DNA of 64,000 bases from the IMG/VR virus record IMGVR_UViG_3300045988_096244; one strand, written 5' to 3'. Position numbers and translations under genes: made by a program. The stretch comes from a virus. Under the pieces are notes generated by a model. That model was not told the DNA's origin. It saw only the letters and a program-made list of their open reading frames with translations, and did not search any database. Of the stretch, positions 45,513 through 53,040 are shown in pieces (position 1 is the stretch's first letter; each line of letters opens with the position of its first letter).

Positions 45513-45697
45513 GTGCATTCAATAAGATACAAAGAGAATACAACTGGGTATGCAAGCATATCAAAGGTCCTTTGTATAGAATAAAGATGCAAGAGCTATA
45601 CAATGAGGCTAATAAAGCTATCCTCGACCCAAAGTTAACTCCAGAACAGAAATTAAAACTAATCGGTATCAGAGATACATTAAAGACAAAACTATGA
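45509..45697 (+). CDS. hypothetical protein
   Basis: Track ORF with 4-nt overlaps on both sides. Confidence 0.4.
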   Translation: MSAFNKIQREYNWVCKHIKGPLYRIKMQELYNEANKAILDPKLTPEQKLKLIGIRDTLKTKL

Positions 45698-45984
45698 AAA
45701 AGAAAGAAGAACAAGGGTGCTTAAGGCCCCTACTGATAGCTATCGTATTAGTATTGGTAGCGACGATTTGGTACCAGATATCCTACCAAAGTGAGGAAAA
45801 GAAAGAGCCCGAGACAAGGCAATTAGTAAATCCCGACGGGAGCCTAAAATTTGAAGCAGTTCAAAGATTGGCTCCCGATTATATTGATAGCCTCAAAAGA
45901 GCCGGTGAAATTGAGAGATGGTTAAAAGAACACCCTCAGCAAAACCTTAATATTCATATAACCATCGAAGACGAACGCTGGTAA
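45694..45984 (+). CDS. hypothetical membrane-anchored protein
   Basis: Track ORF with an N-terminal TM segment (LRPLLIAIVLVLVATIWYQI). Confidence 0.45.
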   Translation: MKKKEEQGCLRPLLIAIVLVLVATIWYQISYQSEEKKEPETRQLVNPDGSLKFEAVQRLAPDYIDSLKRAGEIERWLKEHPQQNLNIHITIEDERW

Positions 45985-46040
45985 AGGCCGTTAATATTTG
46001 TATAAAGAGAAATAAATATAAACCATAAATTTAATAAGCC

Positions 46041-46262
46041 ATGATTAAACAAACTCATAAACCTATTCAATTAACCAAATCAATGTTAATTAATATACTT
46101 AGAGATATGGAGGCTAAACACTTAAAAAGTGCTACCATATACGACTATGATTCAGAGGAACATGTAATCCTATCAATAGAGGAGATTAAATACTTAATCG
46201 ACTTACCTCAACAGAATTACCGTATACTCCCCGCAGAGTACAACCCTAATAAACTCAGCTAA
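46041..46262 (+). CDS. hypothetical protein
   Basis: Track ORF. Confidence 0.4.
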   Translation: MIKQTHKPIQLTKSMLINILRDMEAKHLKSATIYDYDSEEHVILSIEEIKYLIDLPQQNYRILPAEYNPNKLS

Positions 46263-46264
46263 TC

Positions 46265-46423
46265 ATGAAAACACAATCAGATCTTCATTTATACCTCTTG
46301 AAGAAAGTTCACGGATGGTGCAAAAGACAAGGCATGACAGACCCCCGAAATGTATTTCCTTCAATAGGAGGATGCACCTCATTTTGCAACGGAGAACGCT
46401 TCCAACAAAAGAACAGAAAATGA
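46265..46423 (+). CDS. small hypothetical protein (52 aa)
   Basis: Below the track cutoff. Its TGA overlaps the next ATG (ATGA at 46420-46423). Confidence 0.35.
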   Translation: MKTQSDLHLYLLKKVHGWCKRQGMTDPRNVFPSIGGCTSFCNGERFQQKNRK

Positions 46424-46752
46424 AACAAGAAGAATCTAGAGAGTTAAGGAATCTCTCCATGAATCAACTCAATGCAAAGTTATCTGAACTCTATAAGGAA
46501 CTTCCGAGAAGGAATCCTAAGTACTCTTTCGAAAGACCTTACAGGAATCATCTCCTAAGGCAAATCAACCAAATCAAATACGAACAAACCCTTAAAGGAA
46601 AGGGGTTAAGGTCACAAGGAGTCTGGATAGAATCAGGATACACTCACCAAGGAACCAAGTCAGGAAGATTCTCTTCAGGATATCACTCCTCAGAATTATC
46701 CCTATCCAACCCCCCAAAAGAAGTTCTACCCCCAACACAAATAAAACCATGA
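46420..46752 (+). CDS. hypothetical protein
   Basis: Track ORF 46315.. trimmed to ATG 46420 (MKQEESRELRNLS...), which forms an ATGA overlap with the upstream small ORF. Confidence 0.4.
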   Translation: MKQEESRELRNLSMNQLNAKLSELYKELPRRNPKYSFERPYRNHLLRQINQIKYEQTLKGKGLRSQGVWIESGYTHQGTKSGRFSSGYHSSELSLSNPPKEVLPPTQIKP

Positions 46753-46898
46753 AAAGAAAACCTAAAACCATATCCAAGGAAAAGGCCATAGTCATAGCCT
46801 CCAACCATAACAACCTCCCAATCCAAATCGCAAAGGGATATACAGAATCCGAACTAAGGGAAGTATTAAGGCATCTGAACCTAAAGCCAGGCTTCTAA
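46749..46898 (+). CDS. small hypothetical protein (49 aa)
   Basis: Below the track cutoff, with an ATGA overlap at 46749-46752. Sequence MKRKPKTISKEKAIVIASNHNNLPIQIAKGYTESELREVLRHLNLKPGF. Confidence 0.35.
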   Translation: MKRKPKTISKEKAIVIASNHNNLPIQIAKGYTESELREVLRHLNLKPGF

Positions 46899-47749
46899 TA
46901 CAACCCCCAAACAAGAATAAATTCAAATATCCATATACATAACCATAATATATACATCATACCTATAGAATATTCATAAGGTAATATACATATAATATAA
47001 ACCATCAATCATATATGGCTTTTAGGATTAGCTTTTATCTTAGAAGCCTTTAGTTTGACTGTTAAGATAGGGCAAAAGTTAACAAGCAGTCATTGTGACA
47101 GGTCAGGACAACGAAAAAGTCCAAGGGCCATAAAATCAGGTTAGGGCAAATTTTTTGGTTAAGGCAATATTAGGGCCTTACGGTGTACCCTAAGAGCTCT
47201 GGAGCTATCTATGTTACTATACGTATTAGCTAAGTCGACTTAGGGCCCTAAGACCAGGAACAAGGTCCTAAAAGCACCTTTAAGGTACCTAAACCCCTAC
47301 CTTATTCAAGTCTATATATATATATATAATATAAGTATATTAAGGATAAGGCTTAAGGCAGTAGCTAAGGCCTTTTCGATAAAGAGACATTAGGCCCCCC
47401 TGACTCTTGATATCTACAGCTTGACTCTATATTCATATTGGTACACTGATGGTACCTAAGATGGGCCTTAATCCCAAGCCTTAAAGAGTACAATCTATAT
47501 TATATATATATATATGCGAGTCTTTTAGGTCATTTTGGAACAGGTGTCTAAAATCGATATGCCAGGAATAGAGTATTGGAGATTTGATTTCTCAAGTTAA
47601 GGCTGGTTTAAGGCACATTTAGGGTACCTTAAAAGGCCTTTTTGTGGTAGGTTAAGGTACCTTAATATAGCCTTCATATTATATAAGGATTGGCTTTTAG
47701 TGGCCTTTGGGATTATGGCCTTGGGCCTTATGAAGGCCTCCAATTATTA
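46899..47749. repeat. gene-free tract dense in TTARGG/CCYTAA half-sites, perfect palindromes and two (TA)n runs
   Basis: No ORF of 60 aa or more on either strand. By eye there are roughly two dozen TTAAGG/TTAGGG-type motifs. Perfect palindromes are CTTAGGGCCCTAAG (47239-47252) and TTAAGGTACCTTAA (47652-47665). (TA)n runs lie near 47313-47330 and 47497-47515. Confidence 0.8.
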
Positions 47750-47781
47750 TTTGCATATATAATATATTATATCTATATTTG
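47750..47781 (+). promoter_or_regulatory. Bacteroidota-type promoter (TTTG-N20-TAtaTTTG), copy 1 of a duplicated 57-bp cassette
   Basis: TTTG at 47750-47753 and TATATTTG at 47774-47781. It lies inside the 47725-47781 repeat. Confidence 0.7.
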
Positions 47782-47823
47782 CATAACGAAAGATAAATAA
47801 TAAACTCTAAAACATTTAAGGCT

Positions 47824-48048
47824 ATGCTTAATTATAAAGACTTCACCACTGCCCTGGGAATTATCTCCAAACACCATTCAACCGAATTGGCCATCAATAC
47901 TCCTCGCAATAACTTTGTAGGGTATATGGGCCAGACTAGATTCAGGTTGCATATTAAGAAATGCGTACCCGCCGTAATCCATAACCTTGTTAAGGAAGGT
48001 TTCATATTAAGTATGGGACCTGAAGGATTAGAGGTAGATAAAATCTAG
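47824..48048 (+). CDS. hypothetical protein
   Basis: Track ORF downstream of a consensus promoter. Confidence 0.45.
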   Translation: MLNYKDFTTALGIISKHHSTELAINTPRNNFVGYMGQTRFRLHIKKCVPAVIHNLVKEGFILSMGPEGLEVDKI

Positions 48049-48072
48049 CCTTATGAAGGCCTCCAATTATTA

Positions 48073-48104
48073 TTTGCATATATAATATATTATATCTATA
48101 TTTG
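48073..48104 (+). promoter_or_regulatory. Bacteroidota-type promoter, copy 2 of the duplicated 57-bp cassette
   Basis: TTTG at 48073-48076 and TATATTTG at 48097-48104. 48048-48104 is identical to 47725-47781. Confidence 0.7.
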
Positions 48105-48115
48105 TAATGCAGTAA

Positions 48116-48151
48116 AACAAATTAAACCAATTAAACAAATTAAACAAATTA
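48116..48151 (+). repeat. 4 x 9-bp tandem repeat (AACAAATTA) in the 5' leader
   Basis: aacaaatta / aaccaatta / aacaaatta / aacaaatta, immediately before ATG 48156. Confidence 0.9.
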
Positions 48152-48155
48152 AATT

Positions 48156-48443
48156 ATGAATTACTCGGTACACTCTTTTAAGGTTTATATTTATAAGGTT
48201 AATCCTGATAGTTGGATTATTAGGGCCTTGGAAAATAACGGATATAACCTAGATAACTGTCTCGAATTGGATTACCTGGCGGGGTTTATTGTAATCGAGG
48301 TATATAGGGATGATTTCGATTGGGTATGCGAACTCCTGGATTATACTGAGAACCCGGATAACACCAGGGAACAGCTGCTCGAGTTTTATAACTATGCTCG
48401 GACAGAGTATAAGGACCTGGAAGGTTATCCGGAATATATTTAG
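48156..48443 (+). CDS. hypothetical acidic protein
   Basis: Track ORF downstream of a promoter, followed by two hairpins. Confidence 0.45.
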   Translation: MNYSVHSFKVYIYKVNPDSWIIRALENNGYNLDNCLELDYLAGFIVIEVYRDDFDWVCELLDYTENPDNTREQLLEFYNYARTEYKDLEGYPEYI

Positions 48444-48501
48444 GGTATGGGTGGGGGTTGGCCCACCCATTTACCCATTTGCTTTCATATTTCTTTCTGT
48501 T

Positions 48502-48528
48502 AAGGCCTGCCAACCCAGGCCTTTTTTA
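48502..48528 (+). terminator. rho-independent terminator
   Basis: aaggcctg (48502-48509) pairs with caggcctt (48516-48523), followed by tttttt. An additional hairpin, atgggtggg/cccacccat, lies at 48447-48470. Confidence 0.75.
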
Positions 48529-49064
48529 TTTATGAACTTATAAGGCCTTTAAGGATTCAATAAAGGTACCTTCTGGCACCCAATAAGGCCTTATACCTTA
48601 GGCATATTGGTAAGGCCTTATATCGCTTTTAGTGGCTTGGCTTATAGGCCTTTTATAATAGGCTGTATTGGTACCTAATGGTGCCTTGCCAAAGGACCTT
48701 TACTAAATTTCCTTTCAATCGGAATTAAATGAAAGGTGTAATTTAATGCAAGCAGGGGTATATCATAGAAGTTTATAATTAACAAGCTGGAGAATTAGTT
48801 ATTTATAAAATAAAAATATTCTAGATTCCTGAGGACTAAGGCCGAAAATTGAAATGAACATTAAAGGCCTAATCCAAGGAGTTAAGGTACCTCGGGGTGC
48901 TAGCTAAGGCTAAGTTTTAATTCAACCTTATACCAACAAACCTTCATGCTAACCAACACCATTAAACCCACTTACCCAATTCCTTACCCCAACTCCTTAA
49001 TAAGCATAAATTATCGTAATTCGTTCTATTATAGGAAAAGATAATCAAAATTGATGCTTAAAAT
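48529..49064. repeat. second gene-free tract with TAAGGCC / AAGGTACC motifs
   Basis: No ORF of 60 aa or more. Palindromes are ATAAGGCCTTAT (48583-48594) and TAAGGCCTTA (48611-48620), with many half-sites. The 12-mer gcttttagtggc is shared with 47693-47704. Confidence 0.7.
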
Positions 49065-49095
49065 TTTGTAATTAAAAATATTATTTGTATATTTG
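49065..49095 (+). promoter_or_regulatory. Bacteroidota-type promoter (TTTG-N19-TAtaTTTG)
   Basis: TTTG at 49065-49068 and TATATTTG at 49088-49095. Confidence 0.65.
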
Positions 49096-49153
49096 TATAT
49101 CTGGAAACAGAAAGAACTAACAAAAATTAAATTAATTAAAATTTTTTACTACT

Positions 49154-49498
49154 ATGAAAGCAAATGAAATTTTAGCAATCGGAAACGAAATTTTTTCAAC
49201 CAGTGAAAGAAAATCAATTTATCGCAAAGAAATTTTTGTAGAGTGTAAAACAGACAAAGAAAAAAAGAATTTACGAATGAAGATACGCAAAAAATTAGAT
49301 GCTTTTATCGTTGAATTTATTGCAACCGCTAAAAATGAGGAAAAAAGAAAAGCATTGAGAAAAGCGTGGCAAGAATATGCAAAGCAAGTCTATATTAACG
49401 TAAATAGTATTGTAGATTCTAACGCAAATACAGAAAAAAGGGACACAATTAAAAATTTCCTGCTTGCAATGAACGAAACCGAAAAGAAAAATAAATAA
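49154..49498 (+). CDS. hypothetical Lys-rich protein (very AT-rich cassette)
   Basis: Track ORF. By eye its composition is much more A/T-rich than the neighbouring genes. Confidence 0.45.
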   Translation: MKANEILAIGNEIFSTSERKSIYRKEIFVECKTDKEKKNLRMKIRKKLDAFIVEFIATAKNEEKRKALRKAWQEYAKQVYINVNSIVDSNANTEKRDTIKNFLLAMNETEKKNK

Positions 49499-49524
49499 AA
49501 TTAAACCCATTAAAATTTAAAGTT

Positions 49525-49878
49525 ATGTTACTTAATTTTCAAAAGGTAGAGGATATAAAAAAAGTATTAGACAACTTAACCTCCAATGAAAAATTAGAAT
49601 TAGCAAATAATATTTTTATAGGTCGTAATCAATCCGATTTCCTCGATAGCAAAGGAAATTTTTTTGAGGAGTTAGATAAAGAAACAGACATAAATAATTT
49701 CTATGAGGAAATAAATAATATTTTTATAAAAATTTATAACAATCATAAAAAAGTAGAAAAATACTTAATTCGAAAATTACAGGAGTCGTATAGATATTTT
49801 GATATAGATGAAAAAGATATAGATAAAATTGACCTACAATATTTAGACGACAGATGCGCCGAAATTTTCGAATATTAA
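49525..49878 (+). CDS. hypothetical acidic Asn/Ile/Lys-rich protein (very AT-rich cassette)
   Basis: Track ORF, followed by a strong terminator. Confidence 0.45.
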   Translation: MLLNFQKVEDIKKVLDNLTSNEKLELANNIFIGRNQSDFLDSKGNFFEELDKETDINNFYEEINNIFIKIYNNHKKVEKYLIRKLQESYRYFDIDEKDIDKIDLQYLDDRCAEIFEY

Positions 49879-49896
49879 AAATAAAATATTAAAAAT

Positions 49897-49927
49897 AAAT
49901 AGGGGACATATTATGTCCCCTATTTTT
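49897..49927 (+). terminator. rho-independent terminator (29-nt perfect palindrome)
   Basis: aaataggggacata-t-tatgtcccctattt (49897-49925), followed by a T-run. Confidence 0.75.
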
Positions 49928-50614
49928 AATAAAATTTAATTTTGCGATAGGGACACCGTGGCCCCTTTTTACTGTCAGATGTTTTTGAAGACCTCATGAT
50001 AAGACTCTTTAAGGTACCAAAACCTTTTTACTGCTAGCCCCTTAGGCTCCTCGTGATAAGCTCTTCCTGAAAGGCCCATACCACATAGGTACATATCCAT
50101 TACCTAATCACCCCCTCTCCCTACACAAAATGAAGAACCCATCCAAAGGCCCTTCATAAAATTTTTCCAGGATATTTTTAAGGCTCCCATTATAAGGACT
50201 TCCCATACACCTTTGCCTCATAAACCTTAATCAATTTATCAAAGGCCTTAATCCTGGATTCAGTATCAAACCTATCCCCCAATAAATATCATGGATAGAA
50301 AGGTTATCACTAAGGTTCTTATAGACCCCCTGTATTCTTATCACCACCCAAGAAATCAAACCAGAATGCAAAATATTCCAAATATAAATAACTCACCTAA
50401 TATTTGAAGATATTTTCTAGAAGTGTTGCCTAAGATTGAAAGGACAAGCCCTGTTATTCCTATTAAGGAAGTAAATCATAGTAATTTACTTTTAATCCAT
50501 AAACCATATAGCTATGAGTTTCCTTATGTTTCACTCGGGTAATATACCTATAATTGAAGAAGATGATATGAAGTTAGTAGAGTTAGTTATTAAGAACAAC
50601 AATCAAGGGGGGTT

Positions 50615-50893
50615 TTGATTGTTGTTTCTAATTCAGTAGTTACCTCTAGTATTGCCTCTGACCTTATGTACGGCCATATTGATGGGGTAAAGCTAAAGTG
50701 TTTGAACCAAGCACACAATAATAATTTTCTGATTATCATACCAGACGTATTTGTGAATATGGAGGTAGAGGGTGTTAATTTATACTTACCTAACAATGTC
50801 TTATTCTTAAATGATGAAGGTACCCAAAAATTAGTCAAGATAATATGTTACCAAGACGGTGACCAGGAGTTCCAAACGGCAGCCACTATGTAG
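50615..50893 (+). CDS. hypothetical protein (start uncertain: TTG 50615 or ATG 50666)
   Basis: The plus-strand track ORF looks more protein-like than the overlapping minus ORF 50590..50838. It ends just before a bidirectional hairpin. Confidence 0.35.
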   Translation: MIVVSNSVVTSSIASDLMYGHIDGVKLKCLNQAHNNNFLIIIPDVFVNMEVEGVNLYLPNNVLFLNDEGTQKLVKIICYQDGDQEFQTAATM

Positions 50894-50896
50894 ACT

Positions 50897-50925
50897 AAAA
50901 GAAAAGGGCAGGAAATTTCCTGCCC
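50897..50925 (-). terminator. rho-independent terminator of the minus-strand operon (possibly bidirectional)
   Basis: A 20-nt perfect palindrome, gggcaggaaatttcctgccc (50906-50925). On the minus strand it is followed by ttttctttt. Confidence 0.7.
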
Positions 50926-50946
50926 TTAACTGTGTGAATGTAATGA

Positions 50947-51276
50947 TTATTTCTGATCTGGTTCTTGAATCTTTGCTCTCTGTTTCAGGTAGAACTTGGT
51001 CTCTACAAATAGATATGGATAATCCTTATTCTCCGGGTCATGTACCAAAGTATAATCAACACCTCTCACGTTAGCCCTCATATAGTGTAACTTTCTCCAG
51101 GCTTTACTGTTCAGGTTTTTGATTACCTGTTTGAAAGAAGAAACAAAACCTATCCTCTTCCTAAGGTATTGTTTCGGTGCTCTCGATGTACTTCTAACTA
51201 CTTCTTCGTAGAACATCTCTTCTACTACTCCACCAGCTGCATAGAACTGACCCGGTGTATAAACTTTTACTGCCAT
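50947..51276 (-). CDS. hypothetical protein
   Basis: Track ORF trimmed to the Met (MAVKVYTPG...) that avoids overlap with the upstream gene. Confidence 0.4.
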   Translation of the reverse strand: MAVKVYTPGQFYAAGGVVEEMFYEEVVRSTSRAPKQYLRKRIGFVSSFKQVIKNLNSKAWRKLHYMRANVRGVDYTLVHDPENKDYPYLFVETKFYLKQRAKIQEPDQK

Positions 51277-51286
51277 ATAATTGTGA

Positions 51287-51637
51287 TTAAGATTCCCAGA
51301 TATCAAATGATTGGTCTTGGTTTGTTGTAACTACTAAATCGTAGTTTTCCCTCTTTACTCTAAGCTTGGAGTAGGTTATACCATATTTCTTGTAAATACC
51401 TAGCTCAGTATCGGTTAGGATATTTTCTATATTACCTTTAAGTTTACCACTAAACTTCTGAGGACCCCACCTTATCAAGGAGTTTATCTTTCCATAGATT
51501 TTGTCCACTATCAAGCTTGGAATATCTCCGTCCAGTATTACTTTCCCTATATAGGCATCCCACACGGGAATATCCTTCTTTTCTTGGTCACTAACCCTCG
51601 GGAGAATTATCTCAGTGTTGATTCGTCTTCTTGCCAT
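51287..51637 (-). CDS. hypothetical protein
   Basis: Track ORF in the minus-strand operon. Confidence 0.45.
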   Translation of the reverse strand: MARRRINTEIILPRVSDQEKKDIPVWDAYIGKVILDGDIPSLIVDKIYGKINSLIRWGPQKFSGKLKGNIENILTDTELGIYKKYGITYSKLRVKRENYDLVVTTNQDQSFDIWES

Positions 51638-51893
51638 TTCTGAATAGTACGTTGAATGTTAATATAAACAGCCCGGTTACTACTGCCGGACTTACCGCCC
51701 AAATAAGGAATAAAACTCCATACCTTACTGGATTACTGGCTTTCTTTAAGGGAGTTTTCTGGATTACACTCTTCAGGAAGATACAAAAAATAAACCCTAA
51801 AACATACATGATGAGTAGGGTATAACCCAACCAAGTCGGGGGAGTAGCTGTTAGCGTATTATACATGATATAATGATTAAGCAGGTGATGCAA
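51612..51893 (-). CDS. hypothetical membrane protein (start uncertain)
   Basis: Track ORF with two to three hydrophobic segments. Confidence 0.4.
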   Translation of the reverse strand: MHHLLNHYIMYNTLTATPPTWLGYTLLIMYVLGFIFCIFLKSVIQKTPLKKASNPVRYGVLFLIWAVSPAVVTGLFILTFNVLFRNGKKTNQH

Positions 51894-52054
51894 ATTATGA
51901 GTGTTTGTATGGCTTCTTTCTTACCTTTGGACCAAGATTCATTACCTTCATATTCCTTGTCAAGCTCTTTCAAAGCTTTCCAAGCCATTCCACCACTATA
52001 TGCAGTGTAACTGAGTATGTTAACTATAGCCCAATGTAAGATAAATCGTATCAT
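51851..52054 (-). CDS. hypothetical small membrane protein
   Basis: Track ORF with two hydrophobic segments flanking a charged loop. 4-nt overlap with the upstream gene. Confidence 0.4.
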   Translation of the reverse strand: MIRFILHWAIVNILSYTAYSGGMAWKALKELDKEYEGNESWSKGKKEAIQTLIICITCLIIISCIIR

Positions 52055-52389
52055 ATATCTCCAAGTTTTTCGAGGATACGGCTGATTTTAGCCGCTGCAT
52101 ACCGAATAATATGGGCATTTTCAATGCCTTTCTTATTGATAGCGGCTAATTTATCGATACCACGAGTTAAAGTTCTATGAGCCGTCATAGTTTTGTACTT
52201 TTCTTCATCGAAAACTTCAATTTTGTACTTCGAATTTAGAGGATGAAGAGTTCTATCCATCTTGATACCATTCTCAAGGGTGTAAATTCCATTTTTCCTC
52301 TCCTTAATTGCCGTCTTTTCAAAGAAGGCAGGTCCTGTTACCAGTAGTAAATCACCAACTTTCATAGGTTTTGTTATTATTTTATGCAA
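52051..52389 (-). CDS. hypothetical protein (C-terminus ...KLGDI)
   Basis: Track ORF in the minus-strand operon. Confidence 0.45.
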   Translation of the reverse strand: MHKIITKPMKVGDLLLVTGPAFFEKTAIKERKNGIYTLENGIKMDRTLHPLNSKYKIEVFDEEKYKTMTAHRTLTRGIDKLAAINKKGIENAHIIRYAAAKISRILEKLGDI

Positions 52390-52400
52390 TATAATATAGA

Positions 52401-52964
52401 TTATTCAACTTCCTTTAAGTATTCAGCTATAATAGGATCTTCACCTCGTATAATCTTACGTAAAGGACGGTAACTTTTAACTTTGAATTTAGATTGAAGT
52501 TGTTTAGTAGTCCAATTAGGATGTTTTTGATAGAATTTATAAATCTTTATCTTGAGTTCGTTGCTATATTTAGATTTTGGATGTTTATCTCCGAATACTC
52601 TATAATAAGGGTTTTTATCTCCTCGTTTATCCCCCGGCTTCATTCTACCCTCTCTCACAGCTTTTTCAGTATTTTCTTTGGGTGTACACCAATATAGGTT
52701 ACTTACCCTATTATTTAGGGGGTTATTATCCTTATGACCCACATAAGGTTTATTATATTTGTTAGGTATATGAACTTTTGCTACTAACCTTGAAACCGAA
52801 CGTATTCCTCCTCTAAAATAAAAATAAGCTCGACGGTATTTATGATTCTTGGATAAACTGTGGTATATCCTTAACTGTACCCAATTATTATTCCTTAACT
52901 CAAAGATATCACCGTCAACACTTACATATAATCCGGGCATCCAGGGAACATTCTCTTTCATCAT
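52401..52964 (-). CDS. HNH homing endonuclease (HNH_3), paralog 4
   Basis: RLVAKVHIPNKYNKPYVGHKDNNPLNNRVSNLYWCTPKENTEKAVREGR aligns with the other three paralogs. Confidence 0.7.
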   Translation of the reverse strand: MMKENVPWMPGLYVSVDGDIFELRNNNWVQLRIYHSLSKNHKYRRAYFYFRGGIRSVSRLVAKVHIPNKYNKPYVGHKDNNPLNNRVSNLYWCTPKENTEKAVREGRMKPGDKRGDKNPYYRVFGDKHPKSKYSNELKIKIYKFYQKHPNWTTKQLQSKFKVKSYRPLRKIIRGEDPIIAEYLKEVE

Positions 52965-53040
52965 AAAATATGTTTTAGAACAATAACAAAGCTAGTTCTT
53001 TGCAAGACCTTCCGGTATATATTATATAAATCTATTTTCA

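Noticed and set aside
46899-50513. Possible CRISPR array or telomere-like TTAGGG repeats in the gene-free tracts
   Set aside because: The motifs are short (6-14 bp), irregularly spaced, on both strands and not separated by uniform spacers. TTAGGG copies are never tandem. The pattern is neither CRISPR-like nor telomeric.
50590-50838. Minus-strand 82-aa ORF as the last gene of the minus operon
   Set aside because: It lies downstream of (beyond) the strong minus-strand terminator at 50897-50925. It overlaps a more protein-like plus-strand ORF.
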